Origin: a bacterium
GTDB lineage: Bacteria; Margulisbacteria; Marinamargulisbacteria; GCA-2716485; GCA-002719695
Length of the DNA: 51,104 nucleotides
Reading direction: 5' to 3'
Assembly (NCBI GenBank): GCA_002719695.1
Contig: PBEQ01000027.1
Span: 1 to 51,104, forward strand
The notes below the pieces were generated by a model, which did no database searches, had not been told where the DNA came from, and saw nothing but the letters and a program-made list of their open reading frames with translations. Positions within the stretch are counted from its first letter, which is position 1. Each line of letters starts with the position of its first letter. Below are positions 8,516 through 18,474 of this stretch, one piece after another. The position numbers and the translations under genes were made by a program.

Positions 8516-9534
8516 GGATTTCAATGACGTATTTTAATACTATGTTTTGTTTTTTAATGATATTTTTTTCATCATCCGTAATTGGAAATAATTTTGCGGT
8601 TATATCTGATATGGGGGCATCTGCTCAAGCTATTGCAATTGGTAATATTGATGGTTCTAGTAGATCTGCTAATGCTATCTTTTCAAATCCTGCCGGTTTA
8701 TATCGAGTTCACTCATATTCTTTAAGTTTATTTCAAACAACCATAATGAATGAAATTGATTATTTAAATATCGCTTTATGTAAAAATACTAAATTTGGAA
8801 AAATAGGACTTGGCTATTACTCAGCAACTGTTGATAATATACCGTTTACAGGAATTCATCCTGATACAAATGAATTTTATGTTAAGGAACAATTCACTTA
8901 TAATAACTTAGTTACAAAATTAGCCTATCAAAAACAACTTACAAGACGACTTCAACTAGGTCTAAACCTTACAAAATACAAAGTACAGTTTCATGATGTT
9001 AAGGCAGAAGGTTATGGAGTTGATTTTGGTATATTACGAATTTTTAAATACTTTACCCTATCAACATTTGTTCAAAATATTAATAAGGGTACAATTAACT
9101 ATAAAGATTCCTCAGATGACACCTATAATGGTTCTGAAACCGTCCCACTCTCTGTAAGTTCTTCGCTACGAATCATATTATGGAATTTTATTGTCTATCC
9201 ACAACTTAAATATCAGCAAAATGTCTATCTTCCATCGTTAGGAATTCAATATATTCCTGGTTTTTTACCATTTTTAAAATTTAATGTAGGCTATCGAGAG
9301 TTACTAGATTATACAAGCCAAAAACATTCTCGAGCGTCATTAGGATTTGATTTAAGGCTTTTAAATCTTATGTTTCATTATGCCTATGAACGAAGTGATT
9401 ATATCTTACACGATCATATATCTTATTTTTCTTTGACATATGATTTTAGATTTAAAGATTCTGCAGTTTATGGAAATTTTAAACTATCATCATTACTTTT
9501 CTTAATACCAGCCTCTTATTTACTTATGTTATAA
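8512..9534 (+). CDS. Outer-membrane beta-barrel protein, PorV/PorQ (UPF0164)-like
   Basis: Has a signal peptide, the motif GASAQAIAIGNIDGSSRSANAIFSNPAGL and an alternating beta-strand pattern. Its GTG start overlaps the upstream stop (GTGA). Confidence 0.5.
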   Translation: MRISMTYFNTMFCFLMIFFSSSVIGNNFAVISDMGASAQAIAIGNIDGSSRSANAIFSNPAGLYRVHSYSLSLFQTTIMNEIDYLNIALCKNTKFGKIGLGYYSATVDNIPFTGIHPDTNEFYVKEQFTYNNLVTKLAYQKQLTRRLQLGLNLTKYKVQFHDVKAEGYGVDFGILRIFKYFTLSTFVQNINKGTINYKDSSDDTYNGSETVPLSVSSSLRIILWNFIVYPQLKYQQNVYLPSLGIQYIPGFLPFLKFNVGYRELLDYTSQKHSRASLGFDLRLLNLMFHYAYERSDYILHDHISYFSLTYDFRFKDSAVYGNFKLSSLLFLIPASYLLML

Positions 9535-9573
9535 ACTAGCCTTGTATGTAAATTATTTCTATAATAAACCATT

Positions 9574-10527
9574 ATGACATTGGCAACACCTCCAAGTGCT
9601 ATGGCTCAAAAAGCCCTTGATTTTATATCATCATTACAGGAAACCATTTGTAAATCATTTTTAACGTTTGAATCAAAAGAAGCTTTTTTTAACGATGTCT
9701 GGGAAAGACCTCATAATATGGGAGGTGGTATCTCCTGTATTTTTGAAGATGGCAAGCTTTTTGAAAAAGCAGGGGTTAATATTTCTGCTATTTCAGGATC
9801 ATTTGGTTCAGAAAAAGAAAAAGCCATGTTTTTATCGTTATTAAAACAACTACAATCCCCTGCAATTAACCTAGATCAAGCACAGTACTTTGCTACTGGA
9901 ATAAGTTTGGTTTGCCATCCTATTAACCCGTTTATTCCTACGACTCATATGAACTATCGTTACTTTGAGATTCAATCTTCTGAGTCAACACTCTGGTGGT
10001 TTGGGGGTGGATGTGATCTAACGCCTTACTATTTAGATTTAAAATTAATAACACATTTTCATCAATGCTTAAAAGCTGCCTGTGATTTGATTGATCCTCA
10101 TTATTATCCTATGTATAAAAAAGCGTGTGATACGTACTTTTATTTACCCCATCGACACGAACATCGAGGTGTTGGCGGTATTTTTTTTGATTATTTAAAC
10201 AAACAATCTCAAGACCATTACTTTCACCTTATTTCAGCATGTGGAAATACATTTTTAGAGTCCTACTTGCCATTTATAGATACCTACAAAGATAAAGATT
10301 ATGATGAAGATGATACCTTGTGGCAACGCTATAGACGAGGTCGCTATGTTGAATTTAATTTATTACATGATCGAGGAACAAAATTTGGCTTACAAACCAA
10401 TGGTAGAATAGAAAGTATCTTTATGTCTTTACCAAAGCATGTTTTATGGACTTATAACGAAGCATTACTAACTCATTCACACCAAGAGCTATTAAATGTG
10501 ATCTCTTCTCCTAGAGACTGGGTTTAA
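9574..10527 (+). CDS. hemF: Oxygen-dependent coproporphyrinogen III oxidase
   Basis: Motifs are AGVNISAISG, WWFGGGCDLTPYY, HRHEHRGVGGIFFDY and RRGRYVEFNLLHDRGTKFGLQTNGRIESI. Confidence 0.9.
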   Translation: MTLATPPSAMAQKALDFISSLQETICKSFLTFESKEAFFNDVWERPHNMGGGISCIFEDGKLFEKAGVNISAISGSFGSEKEKAMFLSLLKQLQSPAINLDQAQYFATGISLVCHPINPFIPTTHMNYRYFEIQSSESTLWWFGGGCDLTPYYLDLKLITHFHQCLKAACDLIDPHYYPMYKKACDTYFYLPHRHEHRGVGGIFFDYLNKQSQDHYFHLISACGNTFLESYLPFIDTYKDKDYDEDDTLWQRYRRGRYVEFNLLHDRGTKFGLQTNGRIESIFMSLPKHVLWTYNEALLTHSHQELLNVISSPRDWV

Positions 10528-10534
10528 TCTATAA

Positions 10535-12337
10535 TTAATGACTTCTTTTTCGATCGCTTTCTGAAAGTATAATCTTTCTGACTCGTATCGATTTTGGCGT
10601 ACACTCTACAAGCTCTGAATCATCAATAAAACTTAAATATTGTTCTAAGCTCATTTTTAGAGGCGGCGTTAAAATCACACTATCATCTGATCCGGAAGCC
10701 CTCATATTTGTTAACTTTTTAGATTTTGAAGGATTTACAACCATATCTTCTTCGCGACTATTTTCTCCAATAATCTGTCCTTCATAAATATCAACGCCAG
10801 GTCCAATAAAAAGCCTTCCTCTATCTTGTAAATTATCAAGAGCATAGGCAATACTTTTACAGGTTTCTTTTGAAATTAAAACACCACATTTTCTAACTTT
10901 AATATCACCTGTATGTTTTCGATAATCTAAAAACTTGCTAAATAAAAGACCTAGCCCTTTTGTTTGAGTCATAAACTCTGATTGATACCCTAACAAACCA
11001 CGAGTTGGTAGTTCAAATTTCAAGTTCACCATACCATCTTGTTGGTCCATATGTTGCATTTGACCTTTACGATTCCCCATACTTTCAATAACAGCACCCA
11101 TTGCCTCATCAGGAACTTGGATAGTAACTTCTTCAAAAGGTTCTGATAAGGTACCATCAACATCTTTTAAAATAACTTTTGGTCTTGCAACCTGAAATTC
11201 AAACCCCTCTCGTCTCATTTTTTCGATTAAAATTGAAAGATGAAGCTCCCCTCTTCCAGACACAGTAAAACCACTATCACCAGCTAGATTTTCAACATGT
11301 AATGCCACATCTGTTAATGTTTCTTTATACAATCGTTCTTTAAGCTGACTTGATGTTACATAGTCTCCTTCAAGGCCAGAAAAAGGAGAATTGTTGGCAA
11401 TAAATTGCATAGAGATTGTTGGGGGATCTACCTTAATTCCTGTTATAGGTTCTGGACTTTCTGGATGTGAAATTGTTTCATTAACACGTATGGCCTCTAA
11501 TCCTGCTATGGCTACAATATTACCAGCTGAAGCTTGCGTTATTTCTTCAAATGAATCTGATTTAAACCCGTAGATTTTTGTTACTCTTATTTTTTCAGAA
11601 ACCTTATCTTCTGAACTTATAACAACTTCTTGGTTAATTAAAATTTTACCTTGAGATACTTTACCAATAGCCAACCGCCCCATAAAAGGAGAATATGATA
11701 TTGAACTTACCAATAACTTAAAAAGAGCAGCTTCATCACAATTAGGAGCCGGTACATTTTTAATAACAGATTCAAAAATCGGTTCCATTGATTCACTCAT
11801 TGAGTCTAATGATAATCCAGAAAGCCCATTTTTTGCTGATGCATATAAAATAGGAAAATCTAACATGTCATCTGTTGCATTTAAATTAACCATTAAATCA
11901 AACACCTGATCAATAGCCCAATCACTTCGTGCATATTGCTTATCAACCTTGTTAACAATAACAATAATAGGTAAATTTAAGGCAATTGCTTTTTTTAATA
12001 CAAAATGAGATTGTGGCATAGGCCCTTCTTGTGCATCAACCAAAAATAACACACCATCTGCCATTTTTAGTACACGCTCGACTTCCCCTCCAAAGTCCGC
12101 ATGGCCAGGGGTATCAATGATATTGACTAAATGGTCCTTGTACATACAGGCTCCATTTTTGGATTGAATTGTAATGCCTCTTTCACGTTCTAAATCCATT
12201 GAATCCATTAATCGTTCTTGAATTTCTTGGTTATCACGATACATACCAGATGCTTTAAATAACTGATCAACTAACGTTGTTTTACCATGATCAACGTGAG
12301 CTATAATTGCAATATTTCTAATTTTATTTTGATCCAT
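10535..12337 (-). CDS. typA: Translational GTPase TypA/BipA
   Basis: Motifs are IRNIAIIAHVDHGKTTLVD, DTPGHADFGGEVER and NKVD, with full-length BipA-like collinearity. The likely start is MDQNK at 12337. Confidence 0.92.
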   Translation of the reverse strand: MDQNKIRNIAIIAHVDHGKTTLVDQLFKASGMYRDNQEIQERLMDSMDLERERGITIQSKNGACMYKDHLVNIIDTPGHADFGGEVERVLKMADGVLFLVDAQEGPMPQSHFVLKKAIALNLPIIVIVNKVDKQYARSDWAIDQVFDLMVNLNATDDMLDFPILYASAKNGLSGLSLDSMSESMEPIFESVIKNVPAPNCDEAALFKLLVSSISYSPFMGRLAIGKVSQGKILINQEVVISSEDKVSEKIRVTKIYGFKSDSFEEITQASAGNIVAIAGLEAIRVNETISHPESPEPITGIKVDPPTISMQFIANNSPFSGLEGDYVTSSQLKERLYKETLTDVALHVENLAGDSGFTVSGRGELHLSILIEKMRREGFEFQVARPKVILKDVDGTLSEPFEEVTIQVPDEAMGAVIESMGNRKGQMQHMDQQDGMVNLKFELPTRGLLGYQSEFMTQTKGLGLLFSKFLDYRKHTGDIKVRKCGVLISKETCKSIAYALDNLQDRGRLFIGPGVDIYEGQIIGENSREEDMVVNPSKSKKLTNMRASGSDDSVILTPPLKMSLEQYLSFIDDSELVECTPKSIRVRKIILSESDRKRSH

Positions 12338-12459
12338 AATATATTCCATCATTTTTAATTTGGATGTTGATTGTAGCATAAAAGTTTTATTTATCCTAAA
12401 TATTTCAGCTACTAATTAATTGTGTTTAGTAATTTTTTTTTCAGGGTATAAAATAATAT

Positions 12460-13134
12460 ATGAAAAAAACAATTGATAAACATCTTTTTAATATTTCAGA
12501 TAAAGTAATACTTTTATATGGAACACCGCTGATTTTATTACCTATATCCTATGTGAAATCATTTAACTTTTCTGAAAAATTATCGCTTGCACTCTTATTT
12601 GTTATGATGTTAATTGGCCTTGAATTAATTTTTCGATCACATAAATCAGAATATAAGCGTATTTATAAGCGAAAAAGAAAGGTTCTAGAAGATTTAAATA
12701 TTTCCTTTTCACTCTTTCTAACACCACAGGTTATTGTTACAAGCATGCTAGCTTCTATTACAGGTGGTATTCTGGGGTTTTATTTTATTCATAATGATAT
12801 TTTTTCTTTTTTCTCAATTGCACTTATGTTTTTTATTATTATTTTAGGTTTAGAGTTTTTATTTCAAGATTTATTAGTCAAAATATCCTTAAAACAGAAA
12901 AAGGTAGAAACAAAAAATAAACCGCAATTTGAATCAAACTTTATTGAATATCTTGGAAATTTTATTCCTCCGCTTCGAATCCTATTAACATACCCAACTG
13001 TTGCTTTTTATAGCATTCTTGGATTTTTTCTTACTTATAACTTTTATGACACACGCATATTTTCTTTATGCTTGGGATCACTATGCTTTGCAGTTGTAGG
13101 TTATGGTATACATACCTTAACGAGTTCTAAGTAA
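12460..13134 (+). CDS. Hypothetical multi-pass membrane protein
   Basis: A 224-aa ORF with at least five hydrophobic segments. I recognised no family. Confidence 0.55.
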   Translation: MKKTIDKHLFNISDKVILLYGTPLILLPISYVKSFNFSEKLSLALLFVMMLIGLELIFRSHKSEYKRIYKRKRKVLEDLNISFSLFLTPQVIVTSMLASITGGILGFYFIHNDIFSFFSIALMFFIIILGLEFLFQDLLVKISLKQKKVETKNKPQFESNFIEYLGNFIPPLRILLTYPTVAFYSILGFFLTYNFYDTRIFSLCLGSLCFAVVGYGIHTLTSSK

Positions 13135-14332
13135 AATATTTCTTAATCTTTCGACCTAATAATTTAAGACGAAACCTTACTCTCTTACTTTCTAGCATAA
13201 TTATATCTGAATTAGTTACAACAAATACATTTCTACCGCTTATAATTGGTTTTGAAATTCCCTTACCAACATTTATCTTATCTTTAATCTCGCCATTTTT
13301 AATATCTAAAAACAAAATATTGCCCTCGAGATCTGATGAAATGATATATTTATCAAAGTGAACAATTCCAAAGTTATTAAATGGTAGATCCTCAGAAATC
13401 CATGAAGCTAATCCAGACTCTTTTTTTAAAGCAATAATCTTGCCTAAACGTTCTTTATTTTCAGATTGTCCTGAATAGGATACTAAATAAAAAAGGTTTT
13501 TTCCTGCAATATAGGGACCTTGAATTTTTGTATCACTTGAAAAATATTTTTTCTCCCATATTATTTTACGCTTTTTAACATCTAATAAGCCAATCAAACC
13601 ATTATTTCTATGAAAGTATAGAATTTCTGAATCAATATTATCAGCAATTATATTGTTTTCTATTGTTACCACTGTATTAAACTCTAAGACATCTTTTTTA
13701 TTTGATTTTGAAGACATTATTAAACTAGCTGCAAAGTTAGGAACTTTAATATCAACAACTTCATTCTGGTTAGATTGAAAAACGTTCCTGTTATAATCCT
13801 GAGTATAAATAGGTTTTAAAATACTAAAGGTTGTTTTTTGCCTGTAGACACCTCTTCCAACCTTTGGATTAAAAATAATAAAGTTGTTGTTTTTTTCAAA
13901 CAAAGCAAATTCCCCAAACGATATAAGATCATTATTATGAGCTACTACACCTTTAACTTTTTTATTTTTAACATCTATTGAACAATAGTAATGCTTCCCA
14001 TTGGTTAAATGCTTTCCAGAAAACACAACATAGTTCTTAAGTGATTTGCTAGTAAATTTAATAGATCTTTCAACAGCTATTGGCAACTTGATTATTTTTT
14101 CTACCTTTCTATTTGTAATGTCTAATGTTTTTACATTTCCTTTTAAATCTCCAAAAACAAGTTTGGTACCAGATAAAACGGGTGAAAAGTTGGTTGATAT
14201 CGACGTTGTACTAAAAATATCATCAATACTAAAATCCCATATTTTTTTTATCGAATCAGCATGAATCGTAATTGGCAATACTAAAATAAAACATATAATA
14301 AACAAGTAAAATTTTGGTTGTTTTTTAATCAT
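13127..14332 (-). CDS. Secreted PQQ-like/BamB-like beta-propeller repeat protein
   Basis: Has a signal peptide (FIICFILVLPITIHADS). Repeats of the form G.v..lD...g..iW recur, for example GNVKTLDITNRK, GLLDVKKRKIIWEK and GNILFLDIKNGEI. Confidence 0.5.
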   Translation of the reverse strand: MIKKQPKFYLFIICFILVLPITIHADSIKKIWDFSIDDIFSTTSISTNFSPVLSGTKLVFGDLKGNVKTLDITNRKVEKIIKLPIAVERSIKFTSKSLKNYVVFSGKHLTNGKHYYCSIDVKNKKVKGVVAHNNDLISFGEFALFEKNNNFIIFNPKVGRGVYRQKTTFSILKPIYTQDYNRNVFQSNQNEVVDIKVPNFAASLIMSSKSNKKDVLEFNTVVTIENNIIADNIDSEILYFHRNNGLIGLLDVKKRKIIWEKKYFSSDTKIQGPYIAGKNLFYLVSYSGQSENKERLGKIIALKKESGLASWISEDLPFNNFGIVHFDKYIISSDLEGNILFLDIKNGEIKDKINVGKGISKPIISGRNVFVVTNSDIIMLESKRVRFRLKLLGRKIKKYFT

Positions 14333-14356
14333 GATAATTTATTATAGTCATAAATA

Positions 14357-16177
14357 ATGCTTAAAACCAATAACAATTTTCATGTATTAGATAAAAAAAC
14401 ACTTATAATTTTTTTTATAACAGTATTTTTATTTATACTTTTATTTCAATTTAGATCCTTTCAAGCATTTTTATCAAAGTATGAAAACATCTTAATTGAT
14501 TTTCGCTATCGAGTTTCTCAAATTAACGATCAAACTGATAAAATTATTATTGTTGATATCGATGCCTCTTCAATTAACAAACTATCCTTGTGGCCATGGC
14601 CTCGAAGTTTTTGGGGTGATGCTATCACCAACATCAATAAATATGGGGCATCTGTTATTGGTGTTGATGTTTTATTTGATGCTAAAAGCTTAGATAATAA
14701 TGAAGATATTTTATTTTCAGAAGCTTTAAAAAATTATAATAATGTTGTTCTTGCAAGTCGAAAATATATCGAAAAAAAAAATCATTATGAGTTAGAATTA
14801 TGGTCAAACCCAATTCCTATTTTTGCTAACCATAGCCATTATGGTTTTGTTAATTTTCCTTTTGATCAAGATGGGATTATTCGAAAATCTTACACCACTT
14901 TAAAATCAAATCAAACACAGTCTCCAGTATCATTTGATTTTTTAATAACATCACTTTATACCAGTGAATATCCAAACATCACTTATCCTTCTCATGTAGA
15001 AAAGTCCAAATTATTTTATATTAATTTTTCAAAATCTAACGGATTTTCTCGTATACCATTTTTTTTAGTGCTTGAAGATCGTGTTACAAACCCAGAAATA
15101 TTTAAGGATAAGATTGTTTTAATTGGGGCATCAGATCCAAGTTTGAATGATCTTTATTTTACGCCACTAGGCCTTATTCCAGGGATCGATATTCATGCGC
15201 ATACTATTCTTACATGCTTAGAAGACTTGCATATTAAAGAGTTAAACCCGATTATCATTTACTTACTATTATTTTTTCTTTCCTTTTTAACAATCTATAT
15301 TGTGCTGAGAGTAAATGGACTTATTAGTTTTTTATCCGTTTCCTCTATACTAGCTATTTACTCATTAATCGTCATGATAATGTTCACTCAGACATTTACT
15401 ATTATGCCTTGGGCAATTTTTATTATCATTATTTTATTTTCATTTCTAGGATCTATTATCTTTAAATTAATTTTTGAGGAAAAAGAAAAAACATATATTC
15501 GAAATATTTTTAGTCAATATGTATCTCCTGAAGTTGTTAATAAACTCATTATGTCTCCAACAGCACTACGCTTAGGCGGTGAAAAAAAAGAAATTACAAT
15601 CTTTTTTTCTGATATACGTTCCTTTACATCCTTATCCGAGAATAACCCTCCTGAACTTATTGTTTCGCAACTCAATGAGTATTTAGATGCTATGACATTA
15701 TGTATATTTAAATGGAAAGGAACACTTGATAAATATGTTGGTGATGAAATCATGGCAATTTGGGGAGCACCGCTTGATCAAGATAACCATGCAAAACTTG
15801 CTGTTCAATGTGCTTGGGAACAATTAAGCATTTTAAAAGAACTACAACAAAAATGGGAAAAAGAGGAAAAACCTAAATTTGATATTGGCATGGGTATTAA
15901 TACGGGACATGTCATTGTAGGTAATATTGGTTCTTCAATGCATAAAGACTTTACGGTTATTGGCGATGATGTTAACTATGCCGCAAGATTAGAAGCCATT
16001 ACTAGAGATTTTTCTGATGATAATCATGTATGTCGTTTTATTATTTCTGAGGCTACCTATAACCTTGTTGCAGACATCTGCACCGTTAAACCACTGGGCG
16101 AAATTCCTGTAAAAGGTAAAGAAAATACATATCCAATCTATGAAGTTACAGATGTTACGCTTACAGAGCCTTCCTAG
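14357..16177 (+). CDS. CHASE2 sensor domain / class III adenylate-guanylate cyclase
   Basis: One N-terminal TM, a roughly 270-aa periplasmic domain (WPWPRSFW, typical of CHASE2) and three TM segments. The cyclase domain has ITIFFSDIRSFTSLSE, KYVGDEIMAIWGAP and DFTVIGDDVNYAARLE. Confidence 0.88.
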   Translation: MLKTNNNFHVLDKKTLIIFFITVFLFILLFQFRSFQAFLSKYENILIDFRYRVSQINDQTDKIIIVDIDASSINKLSLWPWPRSFWGDAITNINKYGASVIGVDVLFDAKSLDNNEDILFSEALKNYNNVVLASRKYIEKKNHYELELWSNPIPIFANHSHYGFVNFPFDQDGIIRKSYTTLKSNQTQSPVSFDFLITSLYTSEYPNITYPSHVEKSKLFYINFSKSNGFSRIPFFLVLEDRVTNPEIFKDKIVLIGASDPSLNDLYFTPLGLIPGIDIHAHTILTCLEDLHIKELNPIIIYLLLFFLSFLTIYIVLRVNGLISFLSVSSILAIYSLIVMIMFTQTFTIMPWAIFIIIILFSFLGSIIFKLIFEEKEKTYIRNIFSQYVSPEVVNKLIMSPTALRLGGEKKEITIFFSDIRSFTSLSENNPPELIVSQLNEYLDAMTLCIFKWKGTLDKYVGDEIMAIWGAPLDQDNHAKLAVQCAWEQLSILKELQQKWEKEEKPKFDIGMGINTGHVIVGNIGSSMHKDFTVIGDDVNYAARLEAITRDFSDDNHVCRFIISEATYNLVADICTVKPLGEIPVKGKENTYPIYEVTDVTLTEPS

Positions 16178-16179
16178 AT

Positions 16180-18474
16180 CTAGAACTTATTTGTTATCGA
16201 AAATGTTGTATAGCCCTCTTTAAAATTTGATGACTCTTGATCTGGATTTAAATCATCTGTCATATACACTAACTCTAAGCCAAGTTGAGTATAACTTTCT
16301 TTGAAAAATTTTAGCTTTTTTTTCTTGTAAATTAAATTCCAAGTATTTGTAATTTTTCTAGAATTAAACTTATTTGCATCGCTATTATTTTTTCCAAGTG
16401 TAAATTTAAGCTTTGAATTTATTTTTAGACTCTTTGAAAGATTGCGAGATATTCTTGTAAAAACCGTCAAATAACGAGAGATGCCAGATACCGAACTTGA
16501 TGTCTTTGACTGAGTTAGACCAACAGCTACTTTATAATCTCTTGTATTGGCACTCAAACTGCTATTCAATGTATAACTTTTAGAATTGTTTATTGCTGTA
16601 ATGTAGTCTAAATAATCACTTATCGAGTAAGATACATTTGTGTACACCTTTCCAATTTTTGAGTTTAATGGAATTCCAGACATACCAATCATGATATAAT
16701 TTAATTGATTATCTAAGTCTTCATTACTCGTTGTTACTGTTTCGGTTTTTCTGGTAATCATTCCTGTAGCACTTAGTGATCCAAATGAATTCGTACGATA
16801 TAATGAACTAATTCTGTAGGCATTTGTATGGCTTGTATCTGAGGATAATTTCGTTAAATTATCTTGCTCTGTCTCATATGCATAATTTAACATTAATTTT
16901 CTATTAAAAATTTTTTGAGTTAATTCGATACTCAACTCCTGCTTATCGGGTTCAATAAATGAATTTAGATCATTATGAAAATTGGGATGAGTATAGTCAT
17001 GACCTAATTTTAAAATATTATGCCTTGTAAGCAGAGGCAGCTGAATTGTAAAGCGATTACTATACCCCCCCGTTAGGCTTGATTTGACAGGTAAATATTT
17101 ATTGATTAAATCCTTATATTTACTATCAACACTTAACTCCTCAATACTAATGAGACTTGCTTGGTTATCAGAATAGTAAGCTGCAATTACAAACTCATTT
17201 TCTAGATAACTTAATGGAGTAGGCCTTATTTGCAAAAATGCTCCAGCTACATGATTCTCTATTGGGCTAATAAGCTCCCTTGATTCTTCTTGAATAGAGC
17301 TAGGGTTATCATAAATTTTTAAATATTGTAGTGATGATTTTATTTTCATGGTCGAAAACTGCAGTTGATACCCTTTAATTTCTTGTTTATAAGTTGGAAT
17401 AGTTACATTTGGGGAACTAACATCAATAGCATGATTTGATAAACCATTAATGTATCGAAGGGATAGAGATTCCTTCATATTAAAAAATTTTAGGAGATCA
17501 ATATCTGTATAAAATCCTCGAAATCGTCGGCCATTAACAGTTAATGGTGAAAAATTTTCTTCTATATCGCCAACCTTTATTTTCCAACGAAATTTTTTAT
17601 CTATTAAATCTGTTTTGATTCTTGAGTAGGGCTGAGTGTACTGAGATCCTCGGTTATCATACAACCCATATGCATCTAAAAAAAATAAATTAGTTTCTAT
17701 GTTATGTCTAACTGAATAGAGTAGCTCAGACTCGTCTTGTAACGATTGACTGTTATTTGTTTTATAAAAGATATTATTTAATCTTACTTCTGTTTCTTTT
17801 TTGTAAAGTTTCTTTTTCTTAATTTTACCTGTTACAAACTCAAACTTTTGCTTTATTTGCGTTCCATCTTTTAAATACCCTATAATCTCTAACCTATTTT
17901 TTCCTTGCCTTATTGGAAATGAAGATTGCAAATTTACTAATATCTTTTTTTTACTAATAATTTTTAGAGGTTCATCATTATTTAATGTAGCCGATTTAAA
18001 TGTCATAGCATTGGGAAAGTTATTTCTTAAAACAAACATCATTTGTTTTTCATAAGGCAATTTTTGTTTGGTAATAAAGGGAGATAAGATTGTAAAATAA
18101 GCTAACTCTGAGCGTGTATTTAAAATTGAAAATGGGATACTCACTGCATTATTTTTTGGTAGTGTTTGTAGAAATTGATTATCTTTATAAACCCAAAAAT
18201 AATATTTAATATTATTTGCATCATCTTCAGGGAAAATTTCTGTTTTAAATAACCTTCTTCCTATTTTATCTAATTCAACAACTGAATATTCCTCTGCATC
18301 ATTAAATTTATAAAAACATTTAATTTCATAATCTGCCAAATCTGTAATTTTTAATCGTAAAACAATCGGCTCGTTACTGGTAAATTCTCTAGGAGGGTTA
18401 TGCTGTATATCAAGTGCTTTCAAGGGAGCACTAATGCTCAACAGTCCTAAAAACACAAAAAAAACTAATCTCAT
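16180..18474 (-). CDS. Large predicted outer-membrane protein (N-terminal Ig-like region plus beta-barrel)
   Basis: Has a signal peptide (FFVFLGLLSISAPLKA), is rich in Y/S/N/T amphipathic strands and ends in FSITNKF with a terminal aromatic residue. It is coupled to the upstream FecR gene by an ATGA overlap. Confidence 0.6.
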   Translation of the reverse strand: MRLVFFVFLGLLSISAPLKALDIQHNPPREFTSNEPIVLRLKITDLADYEIKCFYKFNDAEEYSVVELDKIGRRLFKTEIFPEDDANNIKYYFWVYKDNQFLQTLPKNNAVSIPFSILNTRSELAYFTILSPFITKQKLPYEKQMMFVLRNNFPNAMTFKSATLNNDEPLKIISKKKILVNLQSSFPIRQGKNRLEIIGYLKDGTQIKQKFEFVTGKIKKKKLYKKETEVRLNNIFYKTNNSQSLQDESELLYSVRHNIETNLFFLDAYGLYDNRGSQYTQPYSRIKTDLIDKKFRWKIKVGDIEENFSPLTVNGRRFRGFYTDIDLLKFFNMKESLSLRYINGLSNHAIDVSSPNVTIPTYKQEIKGYQLQFSTMKIKSSLQYLKIYDNPSSIQEESRELISPIENHVAGAFLQIRPTPLSYLENEFVIAAYYSDNQASLISIEELSVDSKYKDLINKYLPVKSSLTGGYSNRFTIQLPLLTRHNILKLGHDYTHPNFHNDLNSFIEPDKQELSIELTQKIFNRKLMLNYAYETEQDNLTKLSSDTSHTNAYRISSLYRTNSFGSLSATGMITRKTETVTTSNEDLDNQLNYIMIGMSGIPLNSKIGKVYTNVSYSISDYLDYITAINNSKSYTLNSSLSANTRDYKVAVGLTQSKTSSSVSGISRYLTVFTRISRNLSKSLKINSKLKFTLGKNNSDANKFNSRKITNTWNLIYKKKKLKFFKESYTQLGLELVYMTDDLNPDQESSNFKEGYTTFSITNKF

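Noticed and set aside
14761-14785. An A10 run inside the cyclase coding sequence, considered as a phase-variation tract.
   Set aside because: Poly-A runs encoding Lys-Lys-Asn are common in AT-rich genomes. Nothing indicates switching, and the frame is intact.
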